DNA from: an uncultured Candidatus Babeliaceae bacterium
GTDB lineage: Bacteria > Babelota > Babeliae > Babelales > Babelaceae
Direction: 5' to 3'
DNA length: 64,000 bases
Assembly: GCA_963704655.1 (NCBI GenBank)
Contig: OY969927.1
Coordinates: forward strand, 544,001 to 608,000
Shown here: one piece after another, positions 1-9,701 of the stretch
Layout: every line of letters begins with the position of its first letter
Numbering within the stretch: the stretch's first letter is position 1
Notes under the pieces: generated by a model
The model's input: the letters and a program-made list of their open reading frames with translations, nothing else
Databases searched by the model: none
What the model was told of the DNA's origin: nothing
Position numbers and translations under genes: made by a program

Positions 1-859
1 AAAAATCACTAAAGGTGAATTGCTTGATTATTATGAACATATAGCGCCCTATTTACTGCCGTATATTCATGACCGAGCAATTACCATGCATCGATTTCCT
101 GAAGGGATAACGGGCGAGGCATTTTACCAAAAAAATGCAGGTGAATATTTTCCTGATTGGATAGAGACAAAAAAAGTTTCCAACATAAGTGCAGAAAGTA
201 AACGTGATGTTACGTCGTATGTTGTGTGCCAAAATGCTGCAACATTAGTGTATATTGCCAATCAAGGCTGCATCACACCACATATGTGGCTCAGCAAAAT
301 CGACAAACTTGATTACCCGGATGTTCTTATCTTTGATCTTGACCCTGCTGGTGAAAAAGTAACAAACTTTAAGATTATTGCCGATACTGCCTTTGCATTA
401 AAAGATATTTTAGAAAAATGTAATTTAACTGCTTTTGTTATGACCACCGGTTCTCGCGGCCTGCACGTGCGTGTGCCATTAAAACCAGATCATACGTTTA
501 ATGAAGTGCGTGCATTTGCAAAATCTGTAGCAGAAATTATCGTCGCCCAGGACCCAGAACATATAACGCTCGAATCACACAAAGAAAAAAGAGTTAACAA
601 ACTTTTAATTGATATCATGCGCAATAGCTTTGGTGCAACTGCCGTTGTGCCGTACGCTGCCCGCGCGCATGAACACGCGCCTGTTGCAACGCCACTTGAA
701 TGGGAAGAACTTGCAGATAGCAAACTTCGCTCAGATACATACACCATTAAAACTATTTTCAAGCGCCTTGATAAAATCGGCGATATATGGAAAACTATGC
801 ATAAAAGACAAGAATCTTTAAAAAAAGCTATTTCTTGTTTGAATAAGCTCGCACAATAA
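1..859 (+). CDS. LigD-type primase-polymerase (NHEJ polymerase domain), 5'-truncated by the window edge
   Basis: Motifs RFPEG..FYQKN, PD.LIFDLDP, TTGSRGLHV, VATPLEWEEL. The frame is open to the window edge (KITKGELLDYY), so the real start lies upstream. Confidence 0.9.
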   Translation, partial: KITKGELLDYYEHIAPYLLPYIHDRAITMHRFPEGITGEAFYQKNAGEYFPDWIETKKVSNISAESKRDVTSYVVCQNAATLVYIANQGCITPHMWLSKIDKLDYPDVLIFDLDPAGEKVTNFKIIADTAFALKDILEKCNLTAFVMTTGSRGLHVRVPLKPDHTFNEVRAFAKSVAEIIVAQDPEHITLESHKEKRVNKLLIDIMRNSFGATAVVPYAARAHEHAPVATPLEWEELADSKLRSDTYTIKTIFKRLDKIGDIWKTMHKRQESLKKAISCLNKLAQ

Positions 860-865
860 AAATCT

Positions 866-1441
866 ATGAATAAAAAGTTTCAAATAATCTACCTAAACGG
901 TCCGTCTAGTGCTGGAAAATCAACCCTTGCACATGCCTTACAAGAACAGCTTACTGAACCATATTTATTAATTGGTATCGATAATCTTATCGATATGATG
1001 CCAAAAAAATCTAACGATTGGTACCATGATATCAAAACTGAGGGTTTCAGCTTCCAACCAGCGATAAGTAATGACAACGAAAAAGTATATCGCATTAACG
1101 CGGGCCCTTATGGTCAACGCATTATTCAAGCGCTTAAAGATACGGTTCTAACGCTTGCTTCTAAAGGATTTAATATTATCGTTGACGATGTTGCCTTTGG
1201 TAAAGAACCAGCAGAGCTTTGGCGAAAAACACTCAGCCCGTTTAATGTCTTATGGGTAGGCATTACAGCACCGGTTGAAGTTCTTGAGCAACGCGAACTC
1301 GACCGCGGAGATAGAAAGCGTGGTTCAGCACGTTGGCAAGCAGAGCACGTGCATCAAGATGTTCAGTATGACATGATGTTTGATACCCATGCACAATCAA
1401 TTCAAGATATTGTTATGAAATTGATACAACGTATCAACTAG
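866..1441 (+). CDS. Chloramphenicol phosphotransferase-like P-loop kinase
   Basis: IIYLNGPSSAGKST P-loop, NIIVDDV and RE..RGDR..G.A motifs of the CPT family. Confidence 0.85.
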   Translation: MNKKFQIIYLNGPSSAGKSTLAHALQEQLTEPYLLIGIDNLIDMMPKKSNDWYHDIKTEGFSFQPAISNDNEKVYRINAGPYGQRIIQALKDTVLTLASKGFNIIVDDVAFGKEPAELWRKTLSPFNVLWVGITAPVEVLEQRELDRGDRKRGSARWQAEHVHQDVQYDMMFDTHAQSIQDIVMKLIQRIN

Positions 1442-2772
1442 ACAATCTTATTAATCGCCGGGGGGTTCCAGGTGCCGTTTAGTAAAGATTCTTGTGGCCA
1501 GTATATCCGCATTGTCACATTAAACTCACCCTCTGGCGCAGGCAGCCAATTTGATTCTTTATCTTTGCCCGGTGAGGTATGCTGTATATAGATATCAAGA
1601 GAACCATCGGCATTAAATTTCAGTTTATCGCGGTCGCCAAGTGCGTAACGGTCAAGTTTATTTTTAATTAAAAAACTTTCTGAATTATACATAGTAATCG
1701 ACCAAAATGCATTGGCAGGTGGCAGCTTGCCTTTGTCAAAGTGAATAACATACTTATTTTTACCCATAAGTGGTTTGCCATTACCATCAAAATAGGCAGT
1801 TGGATATATCGCATCTTCTGGCAAGTTTGCCCCGATGCCGATATGCGCAATTTGCGCACGCAAAAGATAGCGAGTGCCATACGTACCAATATCACGCATA
1901 ACTGACCAGCCGTTTACCCGTTGCCCAAGAGTTGCTATATCAAAAATCTCTTTCTGCGCTGGCTTAATTGCGTCATTAAGAGCGGGGCTTTTAATATCAA
2001 TTTTTTTGCCAGGAATAATGCCAACTTTTTTCAAATCAGCAACTATTGCAGAATCTTGTTTTGATGGCGGATTATCTTGTAACTCTCGCGCAAAGACCGT
2101 GTAAAAAGTTTCTGCGTCCATGCTATTAACTTCATCGACAGGTGCTTTGTGTTTGCCCCCTACTTCGCCAAGGCTTCGTAGGGCTGGCGCAATTTTTTTG
2201 CCCCATTGGGTTAATGGCGTAAGTTTATATCCCGCTTGAATTTTTCGCACAAAATCGTAATCTGTTTTTCCATTTGTTTGTGTGCGGGCTAAGATTAACA
2301 CCATATTTGTTGGGCACTTAATTATCTTCATGCCCTCAGGCAATGTGCCGGTATAATGTGGGCCAACAATAACAAAATCTTGCGCGGATGTCCCGGTTGT
2401 CCGTTTGCCAATACTTGCACATACATTTGTCCAGGCATCCATAAACTCCATTAAATAATAGCGCCCTTTGGTATCTGGAACAGATAAAATAAGTGGGCCA
2501 TGGGCAAGATCGAGCCATGCAAATGAATAAAGTGTATCGACATTGGGGCGCACAATATCTTTAAAGGTATAATCAGGAAACTTGCTAATATGCGTAAATT
2601 GATTAATCCGCTTGCCATTATGTGTCATGCTATTTTTAGTAACAGCCATGGTCACTAATGGGTAAGCATAAATATACGCGCGTTTGCCGATATCAAAAGC
2701 TTTTTTATAGCTTACACACTGTATAAAACTACTTGAAAAAAAAATGATCGCTATAAAAAAATAATGTAACAT
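1438..2772 (-). CDS. DUF1254/DUF1214 exported protein
   Basis: Signal peptide, AYIYAYPLV, RPNVDTLYS.AWLDL, FWSITMY, NWLPAP. Confidence 0.9.
   Translation of the reverse strand: MLHYFFIAIIFFSSSFIQCVSYKKAFDIGKRAYIYAYPLVTMAVTKNSMTHNGKRINQFTHISKFPDYTFKDIVRPNVDTLYSFAWLDLAHGPLILSVPDTKGRYYLMEFMDAWTNVCASIGKRTTGTSAQDFVIVGPHYTGTLPEGMKIIKCPTNMVLILARTQTNGKTDYDFVRKIQAGYKLTPLTQWGKKIAPALRSLGEVGGKHKAPVDEVNSMDAETFYTVFARELQDNPPSKQDSAIVADLKKVGIIPGKKIDIKSPALNDAIKPAQKEIFDIATLGQRVNGWSVMRDIGTYGTRYLLRAQIAHIGIGANLPEDAIYPTAYFDGNGKPLMGKNKYVIHFDKGKLPPANAFWSITMYNSESFLIKNKLDRYALGDRDKLKFNADGSLDIYIQHTSPGKDKESNWLPAPEGEFNVTMRIYWPQESLLNGTWNPPAINKIV
2158..2187. repeat. Palindromic repeat family B, short form, in frame inside the DUF1254 gene
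   Basis: cctacttcgccaaggcttcgtagggctgg matches the intergenic copy cctactacgctaaagcttcgtaggacagg (51206-51234) at 24/29 nt. Confidence 0.7.
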
Positions 2773-2848
2773 AGTAAGCTCTTTCTCGTACTATTATAAT
2801 GTTGATATAATTACCAAAAAGCTTAAAACATGCGTGATAGGAAATTCT

Positions 2849-4030
2849 ATGAAAAAGTTACTCACGACGTTCTTTTTTTATCTGATCGTTCTTTCTGCAA
2901 CAGAAAGTTCAAACTCTATTCCCGTGATACACCTAAAAACTCCCGATCTTTCTGATGCGCAAATCTTAGGCTATAACGTTGGCGTTCGCCCGTACCGTAA
3001 ATCTGGCGTCAGAATTGAAAGCGAACATCTTGATAATAAACTTATTATTCATAATTACGGCTATGGCGGATCCGGGTTAACCTTATGTTGGGGTGGCGCG
3101 CAGCAAGCAATAGAAATTTTACAAGAAGAACAATCAAAAAATCCTGCACTTGCAGCATGCAAAACTGTCGCAATACTCGGCGCGGGGGTTATTGGTCTTG
3201 CAACAGCGTATGATCTGATGGCGCAAGGCTACGCGGTGCATATATATGCACAAGATTTTCCGCCACACACCACTTCAAATGTTGCAGCAGGCATCTGGAG
3301 CCCGCCTGCGCTATCACCACACTATTCACAAAAAACTAAAGATAGCCTTACAAATATGCTCAGAGTTTCAGAAGAGCGATTTTTGAAAAGCCTAAATTAT
3401 GAAAATTTCGGCCGCATGGATTCGACAGGGCTCACCACGAGCGGCGAGACAAATACTCCAGAATTTGTGGGCATAAAATGCATCGAAGATTATTCGTTTG
3501 AACGGCCAGATAGTGCAACCGCGCTATCGGGAGCATTTGGATTTAGTCATGATTATTCTAGTGAACTTGTTGAATTCAATTTTGATAATGGTGTAAAAAA
3601 AGTTGGCACGCGCCATGCGCAACTTCATCTAGATGGGCCACTCTTTATGGAAAGCCTTTTTAATAAAGTAAAAGCGCAAGCACCCCTAACGAAAATGCAT
3701 TTTAATTCACGTGAAGATATCATGCAATTAGACGAATCTATAATTATAAATTGCACAAGCTTAGGATCACGCGAGCTTTTTAATGATCAGGAATTTAACC
3801 CGGTAAGGGGACAGCTGATATATTTAAAACAACAGCCTGGCATAGATTATATTGTTCATGAAGATGTTGAAGGCTCACATAACTTTTGGGTGACCCTTTA
3901 TCCACTTTCTGACCGACTTTTAATTGGCGGAGTATTTGAACATGGCAAAGAAGATCTTACGCGTAACCAAGAAGTAATCAATGTGTTACTTCACAATGCC
4001 CGCAACTGCTTTCAGCCACTTAATTCTTAA
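2849..4030 (+). CDS. FAD-dependent oxidoreductase, D-amino acid oxidase-like, with signal peptide
   Basis: GVRPYR, HNYGYGGSGLTLCWG, GAGVIGL, TTSNVAAG, PVRGQL. Likely start is the ATG of MKKLL (2849). Confidence 0.85.
   Translation: MKKLLTTFFFYLIVLSATESSNSIPVIHLKTPDLSDAQILGYNVGVRPYRKSGVRIESEHLDNKLIIHNYGYGGSGLTLCWGGAQQAIEILQEEQSKNPALAACKTVAILGAGVIGLATAYDLMAQGYAVHIYAQDFPPHTTSNVAAGIWSPPALSPHYSQKTKDSLTNMLRVSEERFLKSLNYENFGRMDSTGLTTSGETNTPEFVGIKCIEDYSFERPDSATALSGAFGFSHDYSSELVEFNFDNGVKKVGTRHAQLHLDGPLFMESLFNKVKAQAPLTKMHFNSREDIMQLDESIIINCTSLGSRELFNDQEFNPVRGQLIYLKQQPGIDYIVHEDVEGSHNFWVTLYPLSDRLLIGGVFEHGKEDLTRNQEVINVLLHNARNCFQPLNS
3410..3445. repeat. Palindromic repeat family A, in frame inside the DAO-like gene
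   Basis: ggccgcatggattcgacagggctcaccacgagcggc is close to the reverse complement of intergenic 48041-48076 (ggccgcatggttcgacttcgctcaccacgagcggcc). Confidence 0.85.
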
Positions 4031-5204
4031 GCTCAAATAATATCCCTCTGCCTATCTTTTTAATCGAGTTCCACCCTTGCGGCATCGTGCGATTTATCAT
4101 GATCACAATACCACTTTTTTTCCCAGGAATAACCCCGATATACGTATGAAACCCACGGGTAGTGCCCGTTTTTTCAAAAAGTTGACGGTGTGCAGTCGGC
4201 TTTTCTGAACGAGTAATTTTTTGTGCTGGAAAGCCCCATGAAATAGAGTTTTTGGAAACCAGATTATCCACATCTTTTACTTCCCACCCAAGACCATGAC
4301 GTATATGAGCAACTTGTATATGTTGCTTTTGAGTTAATTGCATCGCCTGCGAAATTGAAGCCGGCGTTCCGGGTAAACCGATAGCCGCTTTTAAAAATTT
4401 AAGCATATCAGCGCTTGATGCGCGCACAGCGGCAGCCCCGTGCAGCAACCCATCATCCCAATAACGTGCAGGTTCGCCTACTTTATTCAAGCAATCTGCA
4501 TAGTGGGGCATATAATATGCAGGGACATTAATAGAAATGGGTGACATATTTAAGGGAATTAAAATTCTTTGGATAAAAAGATCATTAATAGATTCATGTG
4601 TTTGTTCTTCTAACGCAACCCGTAATAATTCGATGCCAGGATTTGAATATTGAAACCATAACTCTTCTTTTTGCGCCGGTTTCCATGTGCGCATGTACGT
4701 ATAAAAACTATCTTTACTGGTAACCCATGCTGGCACGTCAAAGGGCATAGTTGAGGTATGGGTACAGAGTTTTTCTAAAGTTGTTTTGCGCAACCTTTTA
4801 TTACCAGCTAAAGCGGGAATATGCTTATTTATAGGATCTGATAGATACATGTGCCCGGCAAGAACCTCTTGTGCAACCAGCAGGCAGGTAAAAACTTTAC
4901 TTACTGAACCGATTTCAAATATGGTATTTTGCGTAATCGGCTTTTTCTTTTCAAGATCTGCGTAACCATATGATAATAAATAACTTTCATCATTATGATA
5001 CAAAGCAATTGCAACACCAGGGATATTGTTTTTCTTCATCCATGGCTTTACAATACTTTTGACATGGCCCTCTAAAGTGTATGGTTGATTTTCTTGAACA
5101 GTAACTTTTTTAGTTTTATTTTTAGGGGCTGACCTAGCGCCCTTTTTTATATTTTTTGCACTGAGTGTGAATATACAAAAAAGAACAAGATACAGTCTCT
5201 TCAT
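4020..5204 (-). CDS. Serine hydrolase, class C (AmpC-like) beta-lactamase family
   Basis: FEIGSVSK (SxxK), YSN and KTG motifs, plus a signal peptide. Confidence 0.85.
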   Translation of the reverse strand: MKRLYLVLFCIFTLSAKNIKKGARSAPKNKTKKVTVQENQPYTLEGHVKSIVKPWMKKNNIPGVAIALYHNDESYLLSYGYADLEKKKPITQNTIFEIGSVSKVFTCLLVAQEVLAGHMYLSDPINKHIPALAGNKRLRKTTLEKLCTHTSTMPFDVPAWVTSKDSFYTYMRTWKPAQKEELWFQYSNPGIELLRVALEEQTHESINDLFIQRILIPLNMSPISINVPAYYMPHYADCLNKVGEPARYWDDGLLHGAAAVRASSADMLKFLKAAIGLPGTPASISQAMQLTQKQHIQVAHIRHGLGWEVKDVDNLVSKNSISWGFPAQKITRSEKPTAHRQLFEKTGTTRGFHTYIGVIPGKKSGIVIMINRTMPQGWNSIKKIGRGILFELKN

Positions 5205-5375
5205 AAATCCCCCTTTTACCCCAAGTCAAATATACTATTTTAAATTCCCATCCTATTATTTAATATAATAATAATTGCCTAAAATTGACATATCTTTAAC
5301 TATTGGCAAACATGACAAACCCACCGCGAAATATGTGAAATGGATAGCCCGCACTAATTAAGCATTCTCATGCTA

Positions 5376-6326
5376 CTATTGCCCAACAACTGATTCTGGT
5401 ATACGAAAAATTTCTTCAATATACTTCACCCTCTCATCAATTTTTTTCTGAATTTGAGGACTAATCCCTTGAGCGCATTCATTTCTAAGCGCTATCATTC
5501 CTTCAAGTTGTATGTGAAGCGAATAGCGATTTTCAATGCTTAACTGATGAAAACGAGCGATAATGTAAAAAAGCTTGCCGTTAGATTGAGGCCCCTTTTG
5601 AACAACCCTTCTAAAATTATCATAAGCTTCTCTTGCAAGTTGCTCTTGATAATCAGTGGTGAAAGGCTTGTTATTGTACTCATGAACGCCAAATACATTG
5701 ACCTTATGCAAAGCAGTTAATATAAGAGCTTTGCGTGAAATGTTATTATCACCCTTAGGATACAATGCATCTAACACACCAGACATCATTACAAACTTAT
5801 TATATGAAGGGATACGTGGAAAATCTATAGAATTCTCAAAAAAAGTATCTGGAACATTTTTCACTGCAAATTCCATCAGGGCCATGGGGCCCGAATAACT
5901 ATTGCGTTCAACAATATCATACCTATACGAACCATCATTATTTTTAATGGGTAGTATCTTACAGAGATCTATTCCGGTTATTTCAGCCCGTGTTAACGGA
6001 TTTTTCACTATTGTATCTGGTGAATTTAAAATATGCAGAACAATTTCGTCTTGTGTTGCCCAATATGATTCCTCATCAGGCAGCACCTCAATGCCCTGCA
6101 TTTTTTGTTGAATGCGTGTTTTCTTTGAAGTATTTTTTTTACTTTTAACTAATACAATAGCCAGGTTATCATGCTGATTTTGCTGCTCTTGTAAAAATGA
6201 AGCAAGAGTTTCAAAGGAATAGGGCGACTCCTTTTCATGGTACTTTTGCACAACATCGTCACATGCGTTTCCTGTCATGACAACCAATGCTCCCATTAAA
6301 AGTGGAGCTATACGAATACTATTCAT
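5376..6326 (-). CDS. Hypothetical secreted protein (paralog of 6329-7183)
   Basis: 316-aa ORF, hydrophobic N-terminus, ESPYSFETL motif shared with its neighbour. Confidence 0.7.
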   Translation of the reverse strand: MNSIRIAPLLMGALVVMTGNACDDVVQKYHEKESPYSFETLASFLQEQQNQHDNLAIVLVKSKKNTSKKTRIQQKMQGIEVLPDEESYWATQDEIVLHILNSPDTIVKNPLTRAEITGIDLCKILPIKNNDGSYRYDIVERNSYSGPMALMEFAVKNVPDTFFENSIDFPRIPSYNKFVMMSGVLDALYPKGDNNISRKALILTALHKVNVFGVHEYNNKPFTTDYQEQLAREAYDNFRRVVQKGPQSNGKLFYIIARFHQLSIENRYSLHIQLEGMIALRNECAQGISPQIQKKIDERVKYIEEIFRIPESVVGQ

Positions 6327-6328
6327 GT

Positions 6329-7183
6329 TTATTTTCCTAAAAGTTTATCAATGTCATCATTAACTGCTTGAGAAACAAGATGCCCAAACTTACTTTGTAA
6401 CTGAGACAACTCGACTTTAAAAATTTCTGAAGATATCTGGTTACTTGAGCATAGATGCGTTACCGTTGTCAAGAAATAAAATACCTCATGCATCTTATCC
6501 TCATCCAACTCGGCTTTCCCTTTTCCAAGCAGTGAATTACAATGGTTATGTGCCTCATTACGTATTGCCTCCTGAAAATGCTCTGTAAAAATAGATAGCT
6601 TTTTATTAACGCTTTCCGCCTGCGCTTTAATCAAAGCATTTAAAAGCAATGCACGACGTGCAATATCTACATCTTCATGTGCCGCCAGCCTATCTAAATA
6701 AAAAGTGATAAAAAAATACTTTTCTGGTGTTGGAACTATTCCAGCAAAATTTACAAAATAGTCTTCAAAAACTTTCTGCCTTGCATGCTTAATGGCATAA
6801 GGCAATATATTTATAGCGTTAATATCATCATGTTTATCAACCATGAAAAAGCCTTGGTCACCACCTTGTAAGCTAATCGTATAGGGAGTGATCACCAAAA
6901 CATCATCTTGAGTATATGCATGTTTAATAATCGTATGTTTAAGCCTTAAAACGTCTGTAGCCAGCTCTTGCGCCTCACACCAATAAGGTTGAGACTTTTC
7001 TTGATGAGATCTTATAATAGCAATCGCACAACGGTCGCCCTGATTCTGAGTATTCTCGATATGCTTTTCCAGCGTTTCTAGGCTATAGGGTGATTCCTGA
7101 TCTAAAAATTTTGATAAAAAAAATTCACCTGCAAATAATGAGTAGTTTATAACACTCAAAAAGACAAAAAAACATCTTTTCAT
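6329..7183 (-). CDS. Hypothetical secreted protein (paralog of 5376-6326)
   Basis: 284-aa ORF, signal peptide, ESPYSLETL motif. Confidence 0.7.
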   Translation of the reverse strand: MKRCFFVFLSVINYSLFAGEFFLSKFLDQESPYSLETLEKHIENTQNQGDRCAIAIIRSHQEKSQPYWCEAQELATDVLRLKHTIIKHAYTQDDVLVITPYTISLQGGDQGFFMVDKHDDINAINILPYAIKHARQKVFEDYFVNFAGIVPTPEKYFFITFYLDRLAAHEDVDIARRALLLNALIKAQAESVNKKLSIFTEHFQEAIRNEAHNHCNSLLGKGKAELDEDKMHEVFYFLTTVTHLCSSNQISSEIFKVELSQLQSKFGHLVSQAVNDDIDKLLGK

Positions 7184-7302
7184 ATAATGAATTACCTTAA
7201 TTTTTTATATTTAATACGTTATCACTTTAACTATATAAGTTTAAACAAGAACTTACGCATTGCAAATAGCTCTATATGGATACATGGAGTATGAATTTTT
7301 TA

Positions 7303-8586
7303 TCAATACAGTTGCAACGATGCAGATGACCATGATGGATATCCGCATTGCGCATATTCCGGCGTTAAGATTTTTTCTGTCTGCGTCATGCAATTATACA
7401 CAGCAATCTGTTCACGCGAGCCTTCAAGGCGAGTATAAACAATATAATTTCCACAGGGCGACCAGCAGGCATCGATTTTATTGCCGGACCCAAACGTTAA
7501 TTGTGTAATTTTTTTACCTTCAGAGTCACAACTATGCAGCTGTAAGACCCCTTTAACCGAGCGAGAAAAGATAATACGGTCAGATGCTTTATGCACATCT
7601 GGTGAAATGCAGTTGCCGGTGATAGGCAATTGATATTGTTTTTTTTCATGACGATCATATCGGTAAATTTTACTATTGCATGAAAAGATAATGTCCCCTG
7701 AACTTAATAACGATGGGCACCCGCACGTATTTTTTGCATCGGTAAGTTTTGTATGACGGCCTCTTCTATTTTTTTTATCAAATTCATACAACCACAAAAT
7801 ACCTGAACGTACATACACAAAGGTTGAATCGTCTTGTTGCGCGGTGCCAACGCATGTGCCACCAAGATCGATAATTGACCAACTGTGTCCATGAAGATCG
7901 ATACCCAAAAGCCGCACATTACTTGGCGTAAATTCTGAAACAGATAACCAAATTCTTTCATGACCACCATCGTCACGACGAGCAGGTTGTATATGGGACC
8001 ATTGCGGTGCAACTAAAATACGATTATCTTTTACCAATGTCTGCGTGGCACCATCAACAGGATCTAACATGCACAGTTCTGTTCTTTTTTTATTACGTAA
8101 TGTTGGGCTCTTTTTAATATAGGCTATTTTTGTTAAAAAATATGATGGGTGATTAAAAAGATGGCTGTATACTTGATCGGCAACTAAGCGCTGGGTCAGT
8201 TCAGGGCTACTGCTGCTCATATTTTTACCGAGTAACATAGTTGCATCAGTTACATCATACAGTCTAAAACTGACATGATCCTGAGTAGTGTGCTGTAAAA
8301 AAAGAATCACCGAAAAACCTTTACTCAAATAAGCAGTTATCTCGTTCTTAGTTGCTGGCGAAGAACCCACTGATAATTTAATCTCAAAAAGCCCGGTGCT
8401 ACTCAGTAATTTTTTTATTTCTTGTGCAACTGGTTGCATGACACTGTCTTCATAGACGAGTGCCATATGAACCGGCTCGCGCGTCTGTGGCTTTTCAATA
8501 ACCAACGGCTCACAAAACGCATAACTGATGAAAGTACACGAAACTATTAACGCTGTTAAAACTGTAGTAAACACTGCTTGCCCCAT
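7303..8586 (-). CDS. tolB: TolB-like beta-propeller protein
   Basis: TKIAYI, PD40-type repeats (WSPCGNYIVY, YPSWS), and position after tolQRA. Confidence 0.8.
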   Translation of the reverse strand: MGQAVFTTVLTALIVSCTFISYAFCEPLVIEKPQTREPVHMALVYEDSVMQPVAQEIKKLLSSTGLFEIKLSVGSSPATKNEITAYLSKGFSVILFLQHTTQDHVSFRLYDVTDATMLLGKNMSSSSPELTQRLVADQVYSHLFNHPSYFLTKIAYIKKSPTLRNKKRTELCMLDPVDGATQTLVKDNRILVAPQWSHIQPARRDDGGHERIWLSVSEFTPSNVRLLGIDLHGHSWSIIDLGGTCVGTAQQDDSTFVYVRSGILWLYEFDKKNRRGRHTKLTDAKNTCGCPSLLSSGDIIFSCNSKIYRYDRHEKKQYQLPITGNCISPDVHKASDRIIFSRSVKGVLQLHSCDSEGKKITQLTFGSGNKIDACWSPCGNYIVYTRLEGSREQIAVYNCMTQTEKILTPEYAQCGYPSWSSASLQLY

Positions 8587-9310
8587 ATACGTTTTGGAAG
8601 ATTACATTTTAATAAAGCACTTTTTGCTGAAATATCATACGCCGGAACACCTGAACTTTGTTGCACGACAACCTCTTGGCAGGCGCCCGTGGCCGATACC
8701 GTTATCATAATATGACACATAGCATCTGGATGTACGCCCATAGGCGGTTGCCACCAACGACGAATAGCGTCCACAATCTCAAATGTTTCCTGCTGTTCAT
8801 TAAACTCATGCACACTCAAAACCAGTGGTTCTTGTGAAACATTTCCAGCAACTATTTCTTTTTGCGCTTGAGGCGGCTCAATAACTTCTGGTTCTTGTGC
8901 CGGTTGCGGAGGTTGGTAGTTTGATGAGCTTTTTTCTTCTTTTTTTTTAGGCCTAAATCAATTTTTGAAAATTGATTAAGAGCACTAAATCGCTTTGCAG
9001 GTTCTTTTGCAGCAGGCTTTACTGGCGCAGGAACTGGTTTATTTTTTTTTACTGGCTCAATTTTAACCGGCGCTTCAGTTTTATGAGCAACTGTTTTTAC
9101 TGGCAAAGCCCGCTTGCTTGAAGAGCGCCATTTTATAATGACGTTATCTGCTTTTTGAAATGTTCGAATGTTAAGCACCATAGTGCTTACCGTCTTTGAC
9201 GTAACAAACAAAAGCGCTAAAAGCACACAGTGTGCACCTAAGACAAAAAGAAGGTGCTTAGTGAACTCCGCCTGAACCGGTGTGAGTTTTTTCTGTAGCA
9301 AACGCAACAT
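8556..9310 (-). CDS. tolA: TolA/TonB-like protein split into two frames at an A9 tract (8940-8948)
   Basis: N-terminal TM anchor and K/P-rich linker in ORF 8852-9310. The -1 frame continues EEKSSSNYQPPQPAQEPEVIEPP into a TolA/TonB C-domain (WQPP..QSSGVPAYDISAKSAL) ending at 8556. Confidence 0.75.
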
Positions 9311-9701
9311 ACTGAATTTTCCCTATATTTTTTATTGCGTCAACAAGTTCTATTATAATGCCAAACTGTGCCCCTGCATCCGCCCGCACAACAACCGCAT
9401 CAACACCATTGTTTTCTGCAGCATAACGCAACTGTTGCAATAAATCGTGTTGTGTTACAAGCTCTTTATTAAGATATGTTTTACCCTGCGCGTCAATTGA
9501 AACAACCCACTCTTTTGGCTGTTCAGAAAAATTAACTTCACTCACTTGCCCTTTTGGCAACTCTACTTTAATACCATTTTGTATTAATGGTGTAGTTACC
9601 ATAAAGATAACAAGCAACGTAAGCGCGGTATCAATAAGAGGTGTAAGGTTTACCCGCGGCAATGTCTGGTTTCTCTGTTGACGATGTTTGGGTATGCGCA
9701 T
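9258..9701 (-). CDS. tolR: TolR/ExbD biopolymer transporter
   Basis: VNLTPLIDTALTLLVIFMVTTP, VVVRADA. Confidence 0.9.
   Translation of the reverse strand: MRIPKHRQQRNQTLPRVNLTPLIDTALTLLVIFMVTTPLIQNGIKVELPKGQVSEVNFSEQPKEWVVSIDAQGKTYLNKELVTQHDLLQQLRYAAENNGVDAVVVRADAGAQFGIIIELVDAIKNIGKIQYVAFATEKTHTGSGGVH

Noticed and set aside
7957-7986. Possible degenerate family A copy in tolB (QPARRDDGGHER segment; tcacgacgagc)
   Set aside because: Only the 3' part resembles the consensus and the TTCGAC arm is missing, so it cannot be distinguished from chance without ortholog alignment.
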